From positions 16,693 through 80,692 of IMG/VR virus record IMGVR_UViG_3300048924_000605: a DNA stretch of 64,000 nt; one strand, 5' to 3'. A program made the position numbers and the translations under genes. The notes under the pieces are model-generated. The model saw only the letters and a program-made list of their open reading frames with translations. It ran no database searches and was not told where the DNA came from. The stretch comes from a virus. Shown here piece by piece: positions 56,701 through 64,000 of the stretch (the stretch's first letter is position 1; each line of letters opens with the position of its first letter).

Positions 56701-58119
56701 CAGAGTTGATTGGGCCGCCAGCGGATTGTCCTGCGCGAGTTGCGTACTGACTTGATCCGCGCTCGCCTTCGCGTCCGCGATACTTGCGGCGACGCCAGCA
56801 ACGCCTGCCGCCGCCATTACCTTCGCACCAGGACTCAACTGCATAGGCGGTTGATAAGGGCGAAGCTCCACATTGCCGACCTTCTTATGCCATTCCGCCA
56901 TCGCCTCTTCAGCAGGTAACGCCGTCATCTGCTGAGGAATGGCGCGAACAACAGGAGTCGCTCGCAGAGTAACCTCGGCAACAGCCGGCGACATCGGCTC
57001 TGGCCGACTCCGCACGGCAGATTCCAAAGGATCGCTCGGTACCGGAGCACCCTTATCCGGCATCAACTTCGTCACCTCACCCGCCGGCAAGTCGCGCTGC
57101 GTCGTCGGCAGATATCTGAAGATGCCCCCCTCTTCGGAGCGGTGTATGACGTTCAGGCGCGGATCGTATGTCTCGGGCAGCCGCCGCAACAAGGGTTCAC
57201 TAAGCAAGGCATTGTGATAATCCAGCATCAGGTTCTGGCTGCGCGTGCCAAGCCCATTGCGCTGATAGCTTCCACCGATGTCAGAATGTGCGCCGGCCAC
57301 GCTGACACTAAGGAAGCGCCCATCTTCGGATAGTCCTTGCGGGATGATGCGATCCACTGGGAACTTTCCGCGTTTCTCGTCAGCAGCATTTATCTGGAAG
57401 CCTGAGACGACAGACGGCGGCAATCGACGATCCAGATTTTCCATCGCGCCGGTAGGCACCGGGTCATAGAGACCGACGGACATCGGGGTGTGCCCAGGCG
57501 CTTGATGGAAGTGTGGGTATGTCTTCGTGACACTGCCGCGCTCATCGTGAACGTACTCGGGCCGGTATAGATTGGGAATGCCACGCTGATCAATCATCCG
57601 GGCCAACAAAGGAACCTGGCTCGCCCCTCGGCTAAACCCTTCGGCGTGAATCGCAATTCTCGCATCTGGATCTGCCCGATAGATTTCTTGCGCGCGATTG
57701 ACGAGCCGTTGGTACATCCTTTCGGCAATCGCTTGACTAGTACGCCCTGTTGCCGCGTCGATGTTTTCAGCAATGGGGTTTGTCTGCGTGCCGGGTCCGG
57801 CCGAGTACTCAACAACGATTCGCTTGTGTCCAGACTGTCTTAGTTCCTGAATCTGATCGTTGAACTTCGAAACATTCGTGGCGTGCAAGGGATCTTTAGC
57901 TGCATCATTGCCGGTCCCGTCCATCAGGCCAATCAAGAGATATGAGTGACGATCCTTGACGTCATACAGGGACGGCACTTTGAATCTGTAGAGCTCATCG
58001 GCAGCCCGATCGTAGCTAGAGAGATGGTCAGCCGTCGCTGTGTAATGAGAAACATCAGCCTTGGGAAGGCCATCTTCTGCGAGTTGGACGATCTTCGTCT
58101 TGTTTCGCGTGTCTTCCAT
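53767..58119 (-). CDS. Putative T4SS effector: DUF2235 (Tle1-like) hydrolase, PG-binding domain, XVIPCD-like C-terminus
   Basis: DGTGN, GFSRGA, YDPV, GAHSDIGG; LQRGDRG..LQ..HFDAATEHAVR.LQ..GL..TG.V; Gln-rich C-terminal tail. Confidence 0.85.
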   Translation of the reverse strand: MEDTRNKTKIVQLAEDGLPKADVSHYTATADHLSSYDRAADELYRFKVPSLYDVKDRHSYLLIGLMDGTGNDAAKDPLHATNVSKFNDQIQELRQSGHKRIVVEYSAGPGTQTNPIAENIDAATGRTSQAIAERMYQRLVNRAQEIYRADPDARIAIHAEGFSRGASQVPLLARMIDQRGIPNLYRPEYVHDERGSVTKTYPHFHQAPGHTPMSVGLYDPVPTGAMENLDRRLPPSVVSGFQINAADEKRGKFPVDRIIPQGLSEDGRFLSVSVAGAHSDIGGSYQRNGLGTRSQNLMLDYHNALLSEPLLRRLPETYDPRLNVIHRSEEGGIFRYLPTTQRDLPAGEVTKLMPDKGAPVPSDPLESAVRSRPEPMSPAVAEVTLRATPVVRAIPQQMTALPAEEAMAEWHKKVGNVELRPYQPPMQLSPGAKVMAAAGVAGVAASIADAKASADQVSTQLAQDNPLAAQSTLTHYAARGTGGWIGGATAGVVASAAATGPGVVGFIVVGGAAVAGAHVGEHVATVLDSYKTFKQTDRDGVAWESNGRQWVRQDLGDLSEDGQNNPVKQAFSADPEKANELSYRASNSATELAIGKLESPRNPYSQAAAETDPPSLRRADWERNPQSGEWDRKVVVGFEQRGVPMVRIDSASSERAAELNRAAEQTILDNIANGPAPMAARYAMVHRSEGWERFGAVPASINAALQDDSLVASDGKLYQRTAEGQWQRNGESVVAAGNLRAELDGTRSALQPQLAQHEQQLAAIPTRQPPTLEDIERADLMATYKVHNVNPNPQQLEAALEAVRRTQHEQGVAPLATSLHLGRNAAGNFDIDSPIEHIGRDADGANRVHAVTSPLEVQLAMLDLRSPPPTSPEASELRIANLSPKQQEALEQVVREANRVGLTRDEVQGTAREAVAAASRADVEPEIVIGAVAAERSVQPTKVEVPRAVDQAPVEPPKPVEVDLAASKPLEPPSKPGHRDAEAVPDRSSGAPVASATSAPVTPAAVSPEAKQAPTVSNGEFAAPPQQPEHQASGLPDQQPQPEVIAAQSANPVAPPRQPETAPSAAVEAPAAAAPRVAPQAVAEAESAPRIASSPVEATPAPTTGKPDVAEAGAPAPAAPAVAVAPAPAPDDSTLQRGDRGQEVELLQYRLQRVGYRGPDDAPVPERGHFDAATEHAVRHLQRDHGLAETGRVDPDTLQALAVAQQAKIEAQKAVPQADGAEVAKVQGQPAQATDGQSPQTVVANEPQQTAPVTPTAEVRAAPAPALAGYAAPENDPIVAAPKTQVSDMLADVGARESAQPSYSQAEHGKPVDSRAVHGQLAGEPAQDRRETERELARLSPADQAMFAKIRGAAPASVPDEVVAKAMLEAKRNGIPDMERVGQVGIADGKLWVGSVTPGFHAVVSANGPVPNMQDTLKETQIVNQQRDQQLAMEATQRQQDEQRAKPIMH

Positions 58120-58133
58120 GTCACACCGCCTCC

Positions 58134-58670
58134 TCAGTAGGTCTTCGACCAGGCCTGGACCAAGTCATAGCGACCAACAATGTCGGGGCGATCAGGATTT
58201 GGAGGGAGCTTGGTTAGCACCCGTGCCTTCATATAGATATTGATCGTCCGGTCATTGACCTCCATTAGGATTTCGGGGTGCGGCTTATCATCGTAGCGCG
58301 CCCAGTCACCGTTCACTTCCTCCCGCGGGACGTTATGCAGCACGACTTGCCCAGGGCATACGTCTTTGATCAGATCGATTTCGTCAAAGTGCTCCACCCC
58401 ATCCATTGAGGTCCAACGAACCTCGACGGGACCGACTGGCAGCATTTCGGAGAACACGTTGAAGCTAGCCATCCAGTCTTCTTTCCAATCCGGATCTGCT
58501 GGCGGTCCGGAAGGTCGATCTAGCTCATTTGAAAGGGCGAACTGATGCTTCTCGAAGATGACGTTGCAGCGCAGCGTGTTAAACGCTCGGCTGCCGAACG
58601 AAAACTCATCAAAGGTCAGCGGCCAGGGGAAATCGAGCGCTGCATCAGCGGGGCGAGTGCCTTGGGTCAT
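58134..58670 (-). CDS. Putative cognate immunity protein
   Basis: Directly upstream of the effector; WPL.F..FSFG, EVNDRTINIYMKA. Confidence 0.72.
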   Translation of the reverse strand: MTQGTRPADAALDFPWPLTFDEFSFGSRAFNTLRCNVIFEKHQFALSNELDRPSGPPADPDWKEDWMASFNVFSEMLPVGPVEVRWTSMDGVEHFDEIDLIKDVCPGQVVLHNVPREEVNGDWARYDDKPHPEILMEVNDRTINIYMKARVLTKLPPNPDRPDIVGRYDLVQAWSKTY

Positions 58671-59000
58671 TGTGGTGAGTCCTAGAGAAAATATTTCGAA
58701 TGCGGACGAACTTCATGACCGGCACGCCAAAGACCGCGGATGCCGAGAGGCAGTCCAGGGCGATGACGAATTAGCGGGCATGAGACATAACCGTCCGTGT
58801 TCAACTGTCGGGCCGTACCACCCCTCCTGGGCGATATGGAGTTGCTGCCGATTGGGCTCGATCATCCAAAGTGTGTTGCGGTCGGGGACGCCATCGTTGG
58901 CGGCTCCCTTAGGTCTGTGGTCTTTCCCCGCGAGATTGATCCGACGCGCTCGGTGGCGTCAAGCCTAATCGCGGCTGTTGCGACACAGTTAGCAGGTCGA

Positions 59001-59027
59001 TCTTGGATTTTTCCAAGGAGATGTTAA
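59001..59027. promoter_or_regulatory. Near-palindromic box, copy 2
   Basis: Same 17-mer plus ATGTTAA as at 17791. Confidence 0.55.
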
Positions 59028-59186
59028 AAATGCGCTCCTTTTGCGCCTCTTGGACGCACGGCTCACGTCGCGGGCGGTGAGATTGGGGGCCAGTAGCTTC
59101 CCGACGTTCCGTCGGATTGGAGCGGTAAGCTGCCCGCGGCCGGCCACCCGATCCTGGAGCGGCCACCGAAGTATTGAGACAGAAGA

Positions 59187-59495
59187 ATGATTCAGCCGGC
59201 GCACGCCAACTTCGGCATTTGTGTATCCCGCTATGAGTGCCGCTTGCGCACGCGTCGCGAACCTGTCGTCTACAACGATCAGCAGTCCTTCGCGATCATC
59301 CAGGAAGTCCGCGAGCGGGACGAATGGGGCAACCCCGGGCGATTGGTGCGTCGCAAGCTCCTGTCCGTCGAAGGTCCGTTCGGGCCACTTTGGGCCGCGC
59401 ACCATCGATCGAAATACTCCGGCTGGCGCCTTGAGCTTGGCCCTCGCAGGGGGCCACTGAACTGGGCGGGCGCAGGCGACCTAGCGCTGGCCTGA
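59187..59495 (+). CDS. Hypothetical protein
   Basis: Protein-like composition; competes with antisense ORF 58989-59405. Confidence 0.45.
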   Translation: MIQPAHANFGICVSRYECRLRTRREPVVYNDQQSFAIIQEVRERDEWGNPGRLVRRKLLSVEGPFGPLWAAHHRSKYSGWRLELGPRRGPLNWAGAGDLALA

Positions 59496-59643
59496 CGGCG
59501 CGCAGATCTCGACCTGCAGCACTGTCGCCGAGTTCGGAAGCCACGTATTCCATCTATTAACTACCGTTACACTTTCCCGACGGCGACGGGTGTAGGCTGG
59601 CGCATCAATATTTAGGGAAGACACACAGGGGCGTGGTAGAGCC

Positions 59644-60270
59644 ATGTTGCACCGTGAAATTGGGAAGGACCCGGCCAGCGTGGAGTTGCCGCGCGGGAAG
59701 TCGCTTTGGGGCGACGCGATTTTCTTCCGAGTTGAGAGCGAGGGTGAAGAGCTCGAATTGTTGCGCGAGCAACTAGACGAACGACCGTATGCCGCGACCG
59801 GTACCGGCGAAGAGGGTGATCTAACCTTCCTTCGACCCGGGGAGTGGGTGTTCGCGCCGTTCAAGGAGGCGCTCATCGCCGCGGTCACGCGGTGGGATCA
59901 GATCGGAATCAAGACGCGCTGGTACGACTGGCGAGCGGACAAGAGTGCGGTTCCCAGCTACGACGACTTCGTGCGCGAACATGCCGAGCGCCAGGAGCGC
60001 TTCGATAGCAATCGAATGACCGTGTTCGAGGCGCTGGACCATGTCACGTACACGCCGGAAACATTCGCCGGCTATTGGCTCATCGAGAACCTGCCGATGG
60101 GGATGAGCATGATGGACTGGTACGGCTCGCGATATCGCCATTGCATCAAGCGCGATGCGAAGCTCAGTGAGGCGAAGTGCATCATGCAGGAGGCAACCTT
60201 CGACCACTGGCGTTACGCCCCACGGAGAGGGCTCAAGCTTATGGAAGGTCGACGGGGCGAGTGGCGCTGA
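59644..60270 (+). CDS. Hypothetical protein whose 3' end is duplicated downstream
   Basis: 208-aa ORF; the duplicate conserves its reading frame. Confidence 0.75.
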   Translation: MLHREIGKDPASVELPRGKSLWGDAIFFRVESEGEELELLREQLDERPYAATGTGEEGDLTFLRPGEWVFAPFKEALIAAVTRWDQIGIKTRWYDWRADKSAVPSYDDFVREHAERQERFDSNRMTVFEALDHVTYTPETFAGYWLIENLPMGMSMMDWYGSRYRHCIKRDAKLSEAKCIMQEATFDHWRYAPRRGLKLMEGRRGEWR

Positions 60271-60298
60271 CTAGTCCGCCGGGAATCGCGGACGGCAG

Positions 60299-60640
60299 CT
60301 ATCCCCAGAAACAGCAATAGGAATCGCGCCAAACCTCATCCACGAGTTCCGCCAGATCCTCTGCTTCGCGCATTGGTTCATACCCCTGCCACTTACCACT
60401 GGCCCGGGACCAAAACAGCTGCCAGACATGCTGCGTTCGAACGTACCGGAACCTGGCGATCGGGATATCGATGATCTCGTCTGGCTCGTCGTAAGCCGGC
60501 CTTGCGGAATAGATCTCGATGATTTGGCCCACCACTCGGTAGAGCACGGTCCCACCAGACTTCACGTGAGGGCTGAGGCGAGGCGTCAAAAGCCTCGAAA
60601 TAATCTTCTCGGCACGCTTGCGTTCAATATCATTTAGCAT
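60299..60640 (-). CDS. DUF3024 protein
   Basis: PIARFRY...WQLFW.RA..KW..Y...D.YCCFWG. Confidence 0.85.
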   Translation of the reverse strand: MLNDIERKRAEKIISRLLTPRLSPHVKSGGTVLYRVVGQIIEIYSARPAYDEPDEIIDIPIARFRYVRTQHVWQLFWSRASGKWQGYEPMREAEDLAELVDEVWRDSYCCFWG

Positions 60641-60692
60641 CGCGACAGTCTACGGTAGAGTAGCCAGAGTCTAGGCGGACACTTCGCCCCAC

Positions 60693-60794
60693 GAGGCGAA
60701 TTGCATCATGCAGAAGGCAACGCTTGACCACTGGCGCTACGCGCCGCGGAAAGGCCTCAAGCTGCTCGATGCCCGTAAAGGACAGTGGCGGTGA
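60693..60794 (+). pseudogene. Orphan diverged copy of the last 34 codons of 59644-60270
   Basis: EANCIMQKATLDHWRYAPRKGLKLLDARKGQWR* versus EAKCIMQEATFDHWRYAPRRGLKLMEGRRGEWR*. Confidence 0.85.
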
Positions 60795-60826
60795 CCTAGC
60801 GAACTCTCGCCTGCGACGGGGATGCG

Positions 60827-61723
60827 TTGGCGAACCTTAGGATGAGGTATACCTTGAAACCGCTCTTGCTACTTGAATCTGTCCGCAATCGACGTATCGA
60901 GCATCGTACGAGATCTCTCGTTTGGGAATCGAAGATTTCTAGCCTTAACTGGCAGGTCGAGGTCAAAGATAAGCTGCAACGAGCGGTGCTCGGCCACACA
61001 CCGAACTCCCTCCATGAGTTCAAGATCTCGGTACTGGACCGGACAGTCCATATTTCCGCTGTCCTCAGATCTCCTTTGCTACCGCCGACCGCCTGGGAAG
61101 AACGCAAAGTTCAGTACGATAAACCAGCTCAACTTGCAGTCGGGTTGTCCGTCTCGGGAGAAATCTCGTTCGTCTTGAGCGGCCACGCCAGCGACCACCA
61201 AGAGCCGTCGAATGCTCATTACGTAATTGACCTCGTCCGCCACTCTTGGGATCTTGGTGGTGCCGCCGGCGAGGCACGCATCAAGCGACATCTGCTTTCG
61301 CTTGAAAAACTGAGCATGCTGACGATGTCCACTGCTCGACCTACGAGGCAGAGCGGGAAGTATCTTGCAGAACTTCAGCGTCTGTCCACGCGATTCCAGT
61401 CCATTTACCCAAGCTCCACCGAAGCACGACGGCATCGAGTTTCACAAGAGACAGCGCTTGCAATGGGGCTGATAGCCGGACTGGTGTCTAGCACCGCCTT
61501 CCCACTGGCCCTGGAATCTGGAAAGGAATCTGCCGCCAAAGCCAAAGAAATTAGTGAACGCTGCGGCAAGCAGAGTCGTCCGACCCAATGTCTTCAGAGT
61601 TCAGACTACGAACACCACATGGATCTTGCGCGGCTGATGCAGCCATCGCACTTATTGCTGGCGTCGCTAATGATGACTGTGTCTTTGATCCTAATCGTGC
61701 AGAAGATCCTAAATCGAGCATAG
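60827..61723 (+). CDS. Hypothetical protein with two C-terminal TM segments
   Basis: 298-aa low-GC ORF. Confidence 0.6.
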   Translation: MANLRMRYTLKPLLLLESVRNRRIEHRTRSLVWESKISSLNWQVEVKDKLQRAVLGHTPNSLHEFKISVLDRTVHISAVLRSPLLPPTAWEERKVQYDKPAQLAVGLSVSGEISFVLSGHASDHQEPSNAHYVIDLVRHSWDLGGAAGEARIKRHLLSLEKLSMLTMSTARPTRQSGKYLAELQRLSTRFQSIYPSSTEARRHRVSQETALAMGLIAGLVSSTAFPLALESGKESAAKAKEISERCGKQSRPTQCLQSSDYEHHMDLARLMQPSHLLLASLMMTVSLILIVQKILNRA

Positions 61724-61784
61724 CCGTATGAGAAGGGCAACCCCCTCCCGACAAATTGGCTCAAATACATCATCGCAAACACGC

Positions 61785-62204
61785 ATGAACATCGATATCG
61801 ATAGGCTCAACCTGCGGGAACTGACCGCCCTTTTGACCGCCGCGGAAAAGCGACAGCAATTCCTATCGAAACGCCGCCCCGCTGCATCGGTGCGCAAGCA
61901 GGCAGTCGCGCTCGCTGCTCGCCACGGCTACACGATCGAGGAGCTCTTTGGGGATCAGCCGGATGTCCAGCCCACCCGGCGGAAACGCGGATCACGCCGC
62001 AAGCCAGCCAAAGTCGCGCCCAAGTACCGCGACCCAGACAACGAACTCAACACCTGGTCAGGCCGAGGGAGCATGCCGCGTTGGCTCGCTAAGAAGATCA
62101 GGTTCGGTCAGCACGCTACTGACTTCCTGATTCCCGGCATCGCGAAACCCACCGCACGGACGGCCAGTTCTATAGGCAAGCGAACGCTCGTCAAGCCCGG
62201 CTGA
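61785..62204 (+). CDS. H-NS family nucleoid protein
   Basis: KVAPKYRDP...TWSGRGSMPRWL. Confidence 0.92.
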   Translation: MNIDIDRLNLRELTALLTAAEKRQQFLSKRRPAASVRKQAVALAARHGYTIEELFGDQPDVQPTRRKRGSRRKPAKVAPKYRDPDNELNTWSGRGSMPRWLAKKIRFGQHATDFLIPGIAKPTARTASSIGKRTLVKPG

Positions 62205-62282
62205 AATTAAGCCCTTTGCTTTTTTTGATGCCTGGGACGCCCCAACCCGACAGAGGGTGGCTAACGCAGACCTGCCAACGGG

Positions 62283-62801
62283 TCACCCGCCCTTCCAAGC
62301 AGTACGGAACTTCAATGCAGCCATTAGGTCAAACGGTGAACACCATTTAACGCCATTGAGCGAGCATGCGTCCGGAATCTTCCGATTGTGCGGCTTCGCT
62401 GCGGGCGCGGATTTCTCGTTTGTTACAACGCAGCGATCCTTGGGGGAGGTCAAGGCGTGGGCTATGAGAAAGGGATCTCTACCAAGCTTCTCCACTTGGT
62501 CCTCAGTCAATTGGCTCGAATAGCCCTTCGAGAGGACAGCTTGAACTAGCGCGATGTCCGCGGCCTGCGGCAGTAGTATCGCCTGCTTGTTATTCGGATC
62601 TTGGATCCAGGCGTACATCTGGTCCTTGAACTCATCCTTGGATCCATCTTCGAACTCCTCGAATATCTCTAGCGGCACCTTTATAGAGCCGGCTTGGGCG
62701 TGAAAAGAAAGCCACTCCCAAAACTCGGGCACCCAATCGTGCCTGTAGTAGGTGTTTGCCGCGCTCATCAGCACGTTGGCGTCAACGAGGTAGAGCATCA
62801 A
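62283..62801 (-). CDS. DUF4411 PIN-like nuclease (putative toxin)
   Basis: YLVDANVL, PEFWEWL, DPFLIAHA, VVTNE, KIPDAC. Confidence 0.85.
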   Translation of the reverse strand: MMLYLVDANVLMSAANTYYRHDWVPEFWEWLSFHAQAGSIKVPLEIFEEFEDGSKDEFKDQMYAWIQDPNNKQAILLPQAADIALVQAVLSKGYSSQLTEDQVEKLGRDPFLIAHALTSPKDRCVVTNEKSAPAAKPHNRKIPDACSLNGVKWCSPFDLMAALKFRTAWKGG

Positions 62802-63982
62802 GCACCCCCACCACTGGAACCGCCCAACACGCTTTGTACGCTACGAGGAGCCACCCCAAAAATTCTGGCAGCCTTGGTGTAGCTAAGTCGCCCCTGCGAT
62901 AGCCCACGCTCCACTACGCTAATCAAACCTCGCCCAAGACGATGACGCTTGACTACGTAGTAATCCGGCGCGCCTTTCGAGGATGCTTTTTCTTTCGTTC
63001 GAAAATCTACCCACTCTTGCTTGAAACGGTCCCTCAAAGCGCGCCACATAGGCTCCTGAATTAGGCCAGAGCGAAGCAGCCTATAGGCGACAAGGCTTCT
63101 GCTGACCAATCTTGATCTAGCGAATTTTGTAATCGCCGACGGTAATTCATCTGCCGTAAGAATCGACGCAGTCGTAAGCTCTGCCAACTCACTTGGGTCG
63201 AGAAGGAACAATGACGCGACGTCATTACAAAAGACTTCCACTTTCCCGTCAGAGAAACCTCCGCTCACACCGGTCGCACCTATCCATAGATGCGCCACTT
63301 CATGCAGCAGTGTGAAGGACCAAGCAGTTCTTGCATCCTGATCGTTTATTACCACGAATGGAGCCAACTCGTCGGCCGATGCAAAACCTCGAAATACCTC
63401 GACATCGATGTTGGTGTGGTGCGTCCCAAGATTTCCAAGCAGGAGAACGAAGACACCACTTGATTCGATCTGGCGCCGAAGGTATGTGAACCCCTGATCG
63501 ACTGTCCGATGGGCACGAAATTCGCTACGCGAAATGCCCAGGGTTTTTTCCATAGATGCGAGGACACTATGGACGCCATCGGCGACACTCATGGAGGAAA
63601 CGAAGGGGAGTGCTTCTGCTTCCTCATCCTCTAGGACGTTTCGCACCAGTCCTTGCCGCGTGCGCAGGTCACGTAACAATGCATTTAAATTTGGCTCGTC
63701 CGCAGTCTCGCGCTGGGGCAAAGTACGAAAGTCTTCGCCGCGCTCACTAGGCACAGGAGGTTCTGGTAGGTAAAGCGTGAGGAGGGAACGACGATAGGCT
63801 TTGCTCATCCTAAGCAGCAATGGGCGACTAGGCTCGACTGCGCCGGACTCAAGCTGACCAATTCGCTTGCCAGGCTCCAAGTTCTTCAGGGGACCGAGTC
63901 CAATCTTCGCCGCAGCCGCGTCGGGGGTCAGCCCCGCAGTCTCTCGCGCCCATCGAAGAACGTTTGGACTGATCTTGGTCAT
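62798..63982 (-). CDS. XRE-HTH plus ImmA/IrrE (M78) metallopeptidase
   Basis: VLRWARETAGL HTH; FRGF, FTLLHEVAH, EVFCNDVA; coupled to DUF4411. Confidence 0.9.
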   Translation of the reverse strand: MTKISPNVLRWARETAGLTPDAAAAKIGLGPLKNLEPGKRIGQLESGAVEPSRPLLLRMSKAYRRSLLTLYLPEPPVPSERGEDFRTLPQRETADEPNLNALLRDLRTRQGLVRNVLEDEEAEALPFVSSMSVADGVHSVLASMEKTLGISRSEFRAHRTVDQGFTYLRRQIESSGVFVLLLGNLGTHHTNIDVEVFRGFASADELAPFVVINDQDARTAWSFTLLHEVAHLWIGATGVSGGFSDGKVEVFCNDVASLFLLDPSELAELTTASILTADELPSAITKFARSRLVSRSLVAYRLLRSGLIQEPMWRALRDRFKQEWVDFRTKEKASSKGAPDYYVVKRHRLGRGLISVVERGLSQGRLSYTKAARIFGVAPRSVQSVLGGSSGGGA

Positions 63983-64000
63983 TGACACTTGGGTCCACAT

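Noticed and set aside
58989-59405. 138-aa minus-strand ORF
   Set aside because: Overlaps a more plausible plus-strand ORF and runs through the conserved box; probably spurious
1-64000. tRNA, rRNA or IS elements
   Set aside because: No cloverleaf, rRNA-like segment or transposase recognised

Overview
High-GC bacterial chromosome segment; a Xanthomonadales (Lysobacter/Xanthomonas-like) host is inferred from the XVIPCD-type effector. It is dominated by an apparently complete ~50 kb siphovirus prophage (~2.5-52.9 kb, mostly minus strand). The prophage has a lambda-like head and packaging module with a putative cos site, a BR0599-type tail tip, a lysis cassette, a P4-type primase/Sak4/Cas4-like replication module and a DUF2924-large serine recombinase module. 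Its cargo genes encode a fasciclin, a 7TM diguanylate cyclase, Kup and a tiny lipoprotein. The left flank is the 3' end of an Rhs toxin with a metzincin tip, plus its immunity gene. The right flank is an accessory island: DUF2235/PG-binding/XVIPCD effector with immunity gene, DUF3024, H-NS paralog, and an ImmA/IrrE-DUF4411 pair. The most notable observation is an array of seven self-contained expression cassettes (28.5-32.8 kb) between cos and the terminase. Each starts with an invariant CTTG-N15-GAAGCGTTCAT element, six have CTGTC direct repeats 11 bp apart upstream, and one cassette encodes a wHTH (DUF3489) protein. This is a candidate phage establishment/anti-defence regulon. Also notable: a dual-frame (EcoHK31I-like) cytosine methyltransferase, two catalytically dead resolvase-domain genes coupled to the integrase, and a 17-bp box shared by two distant loci. 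Family names come from motif recognition by eye, not database searches.
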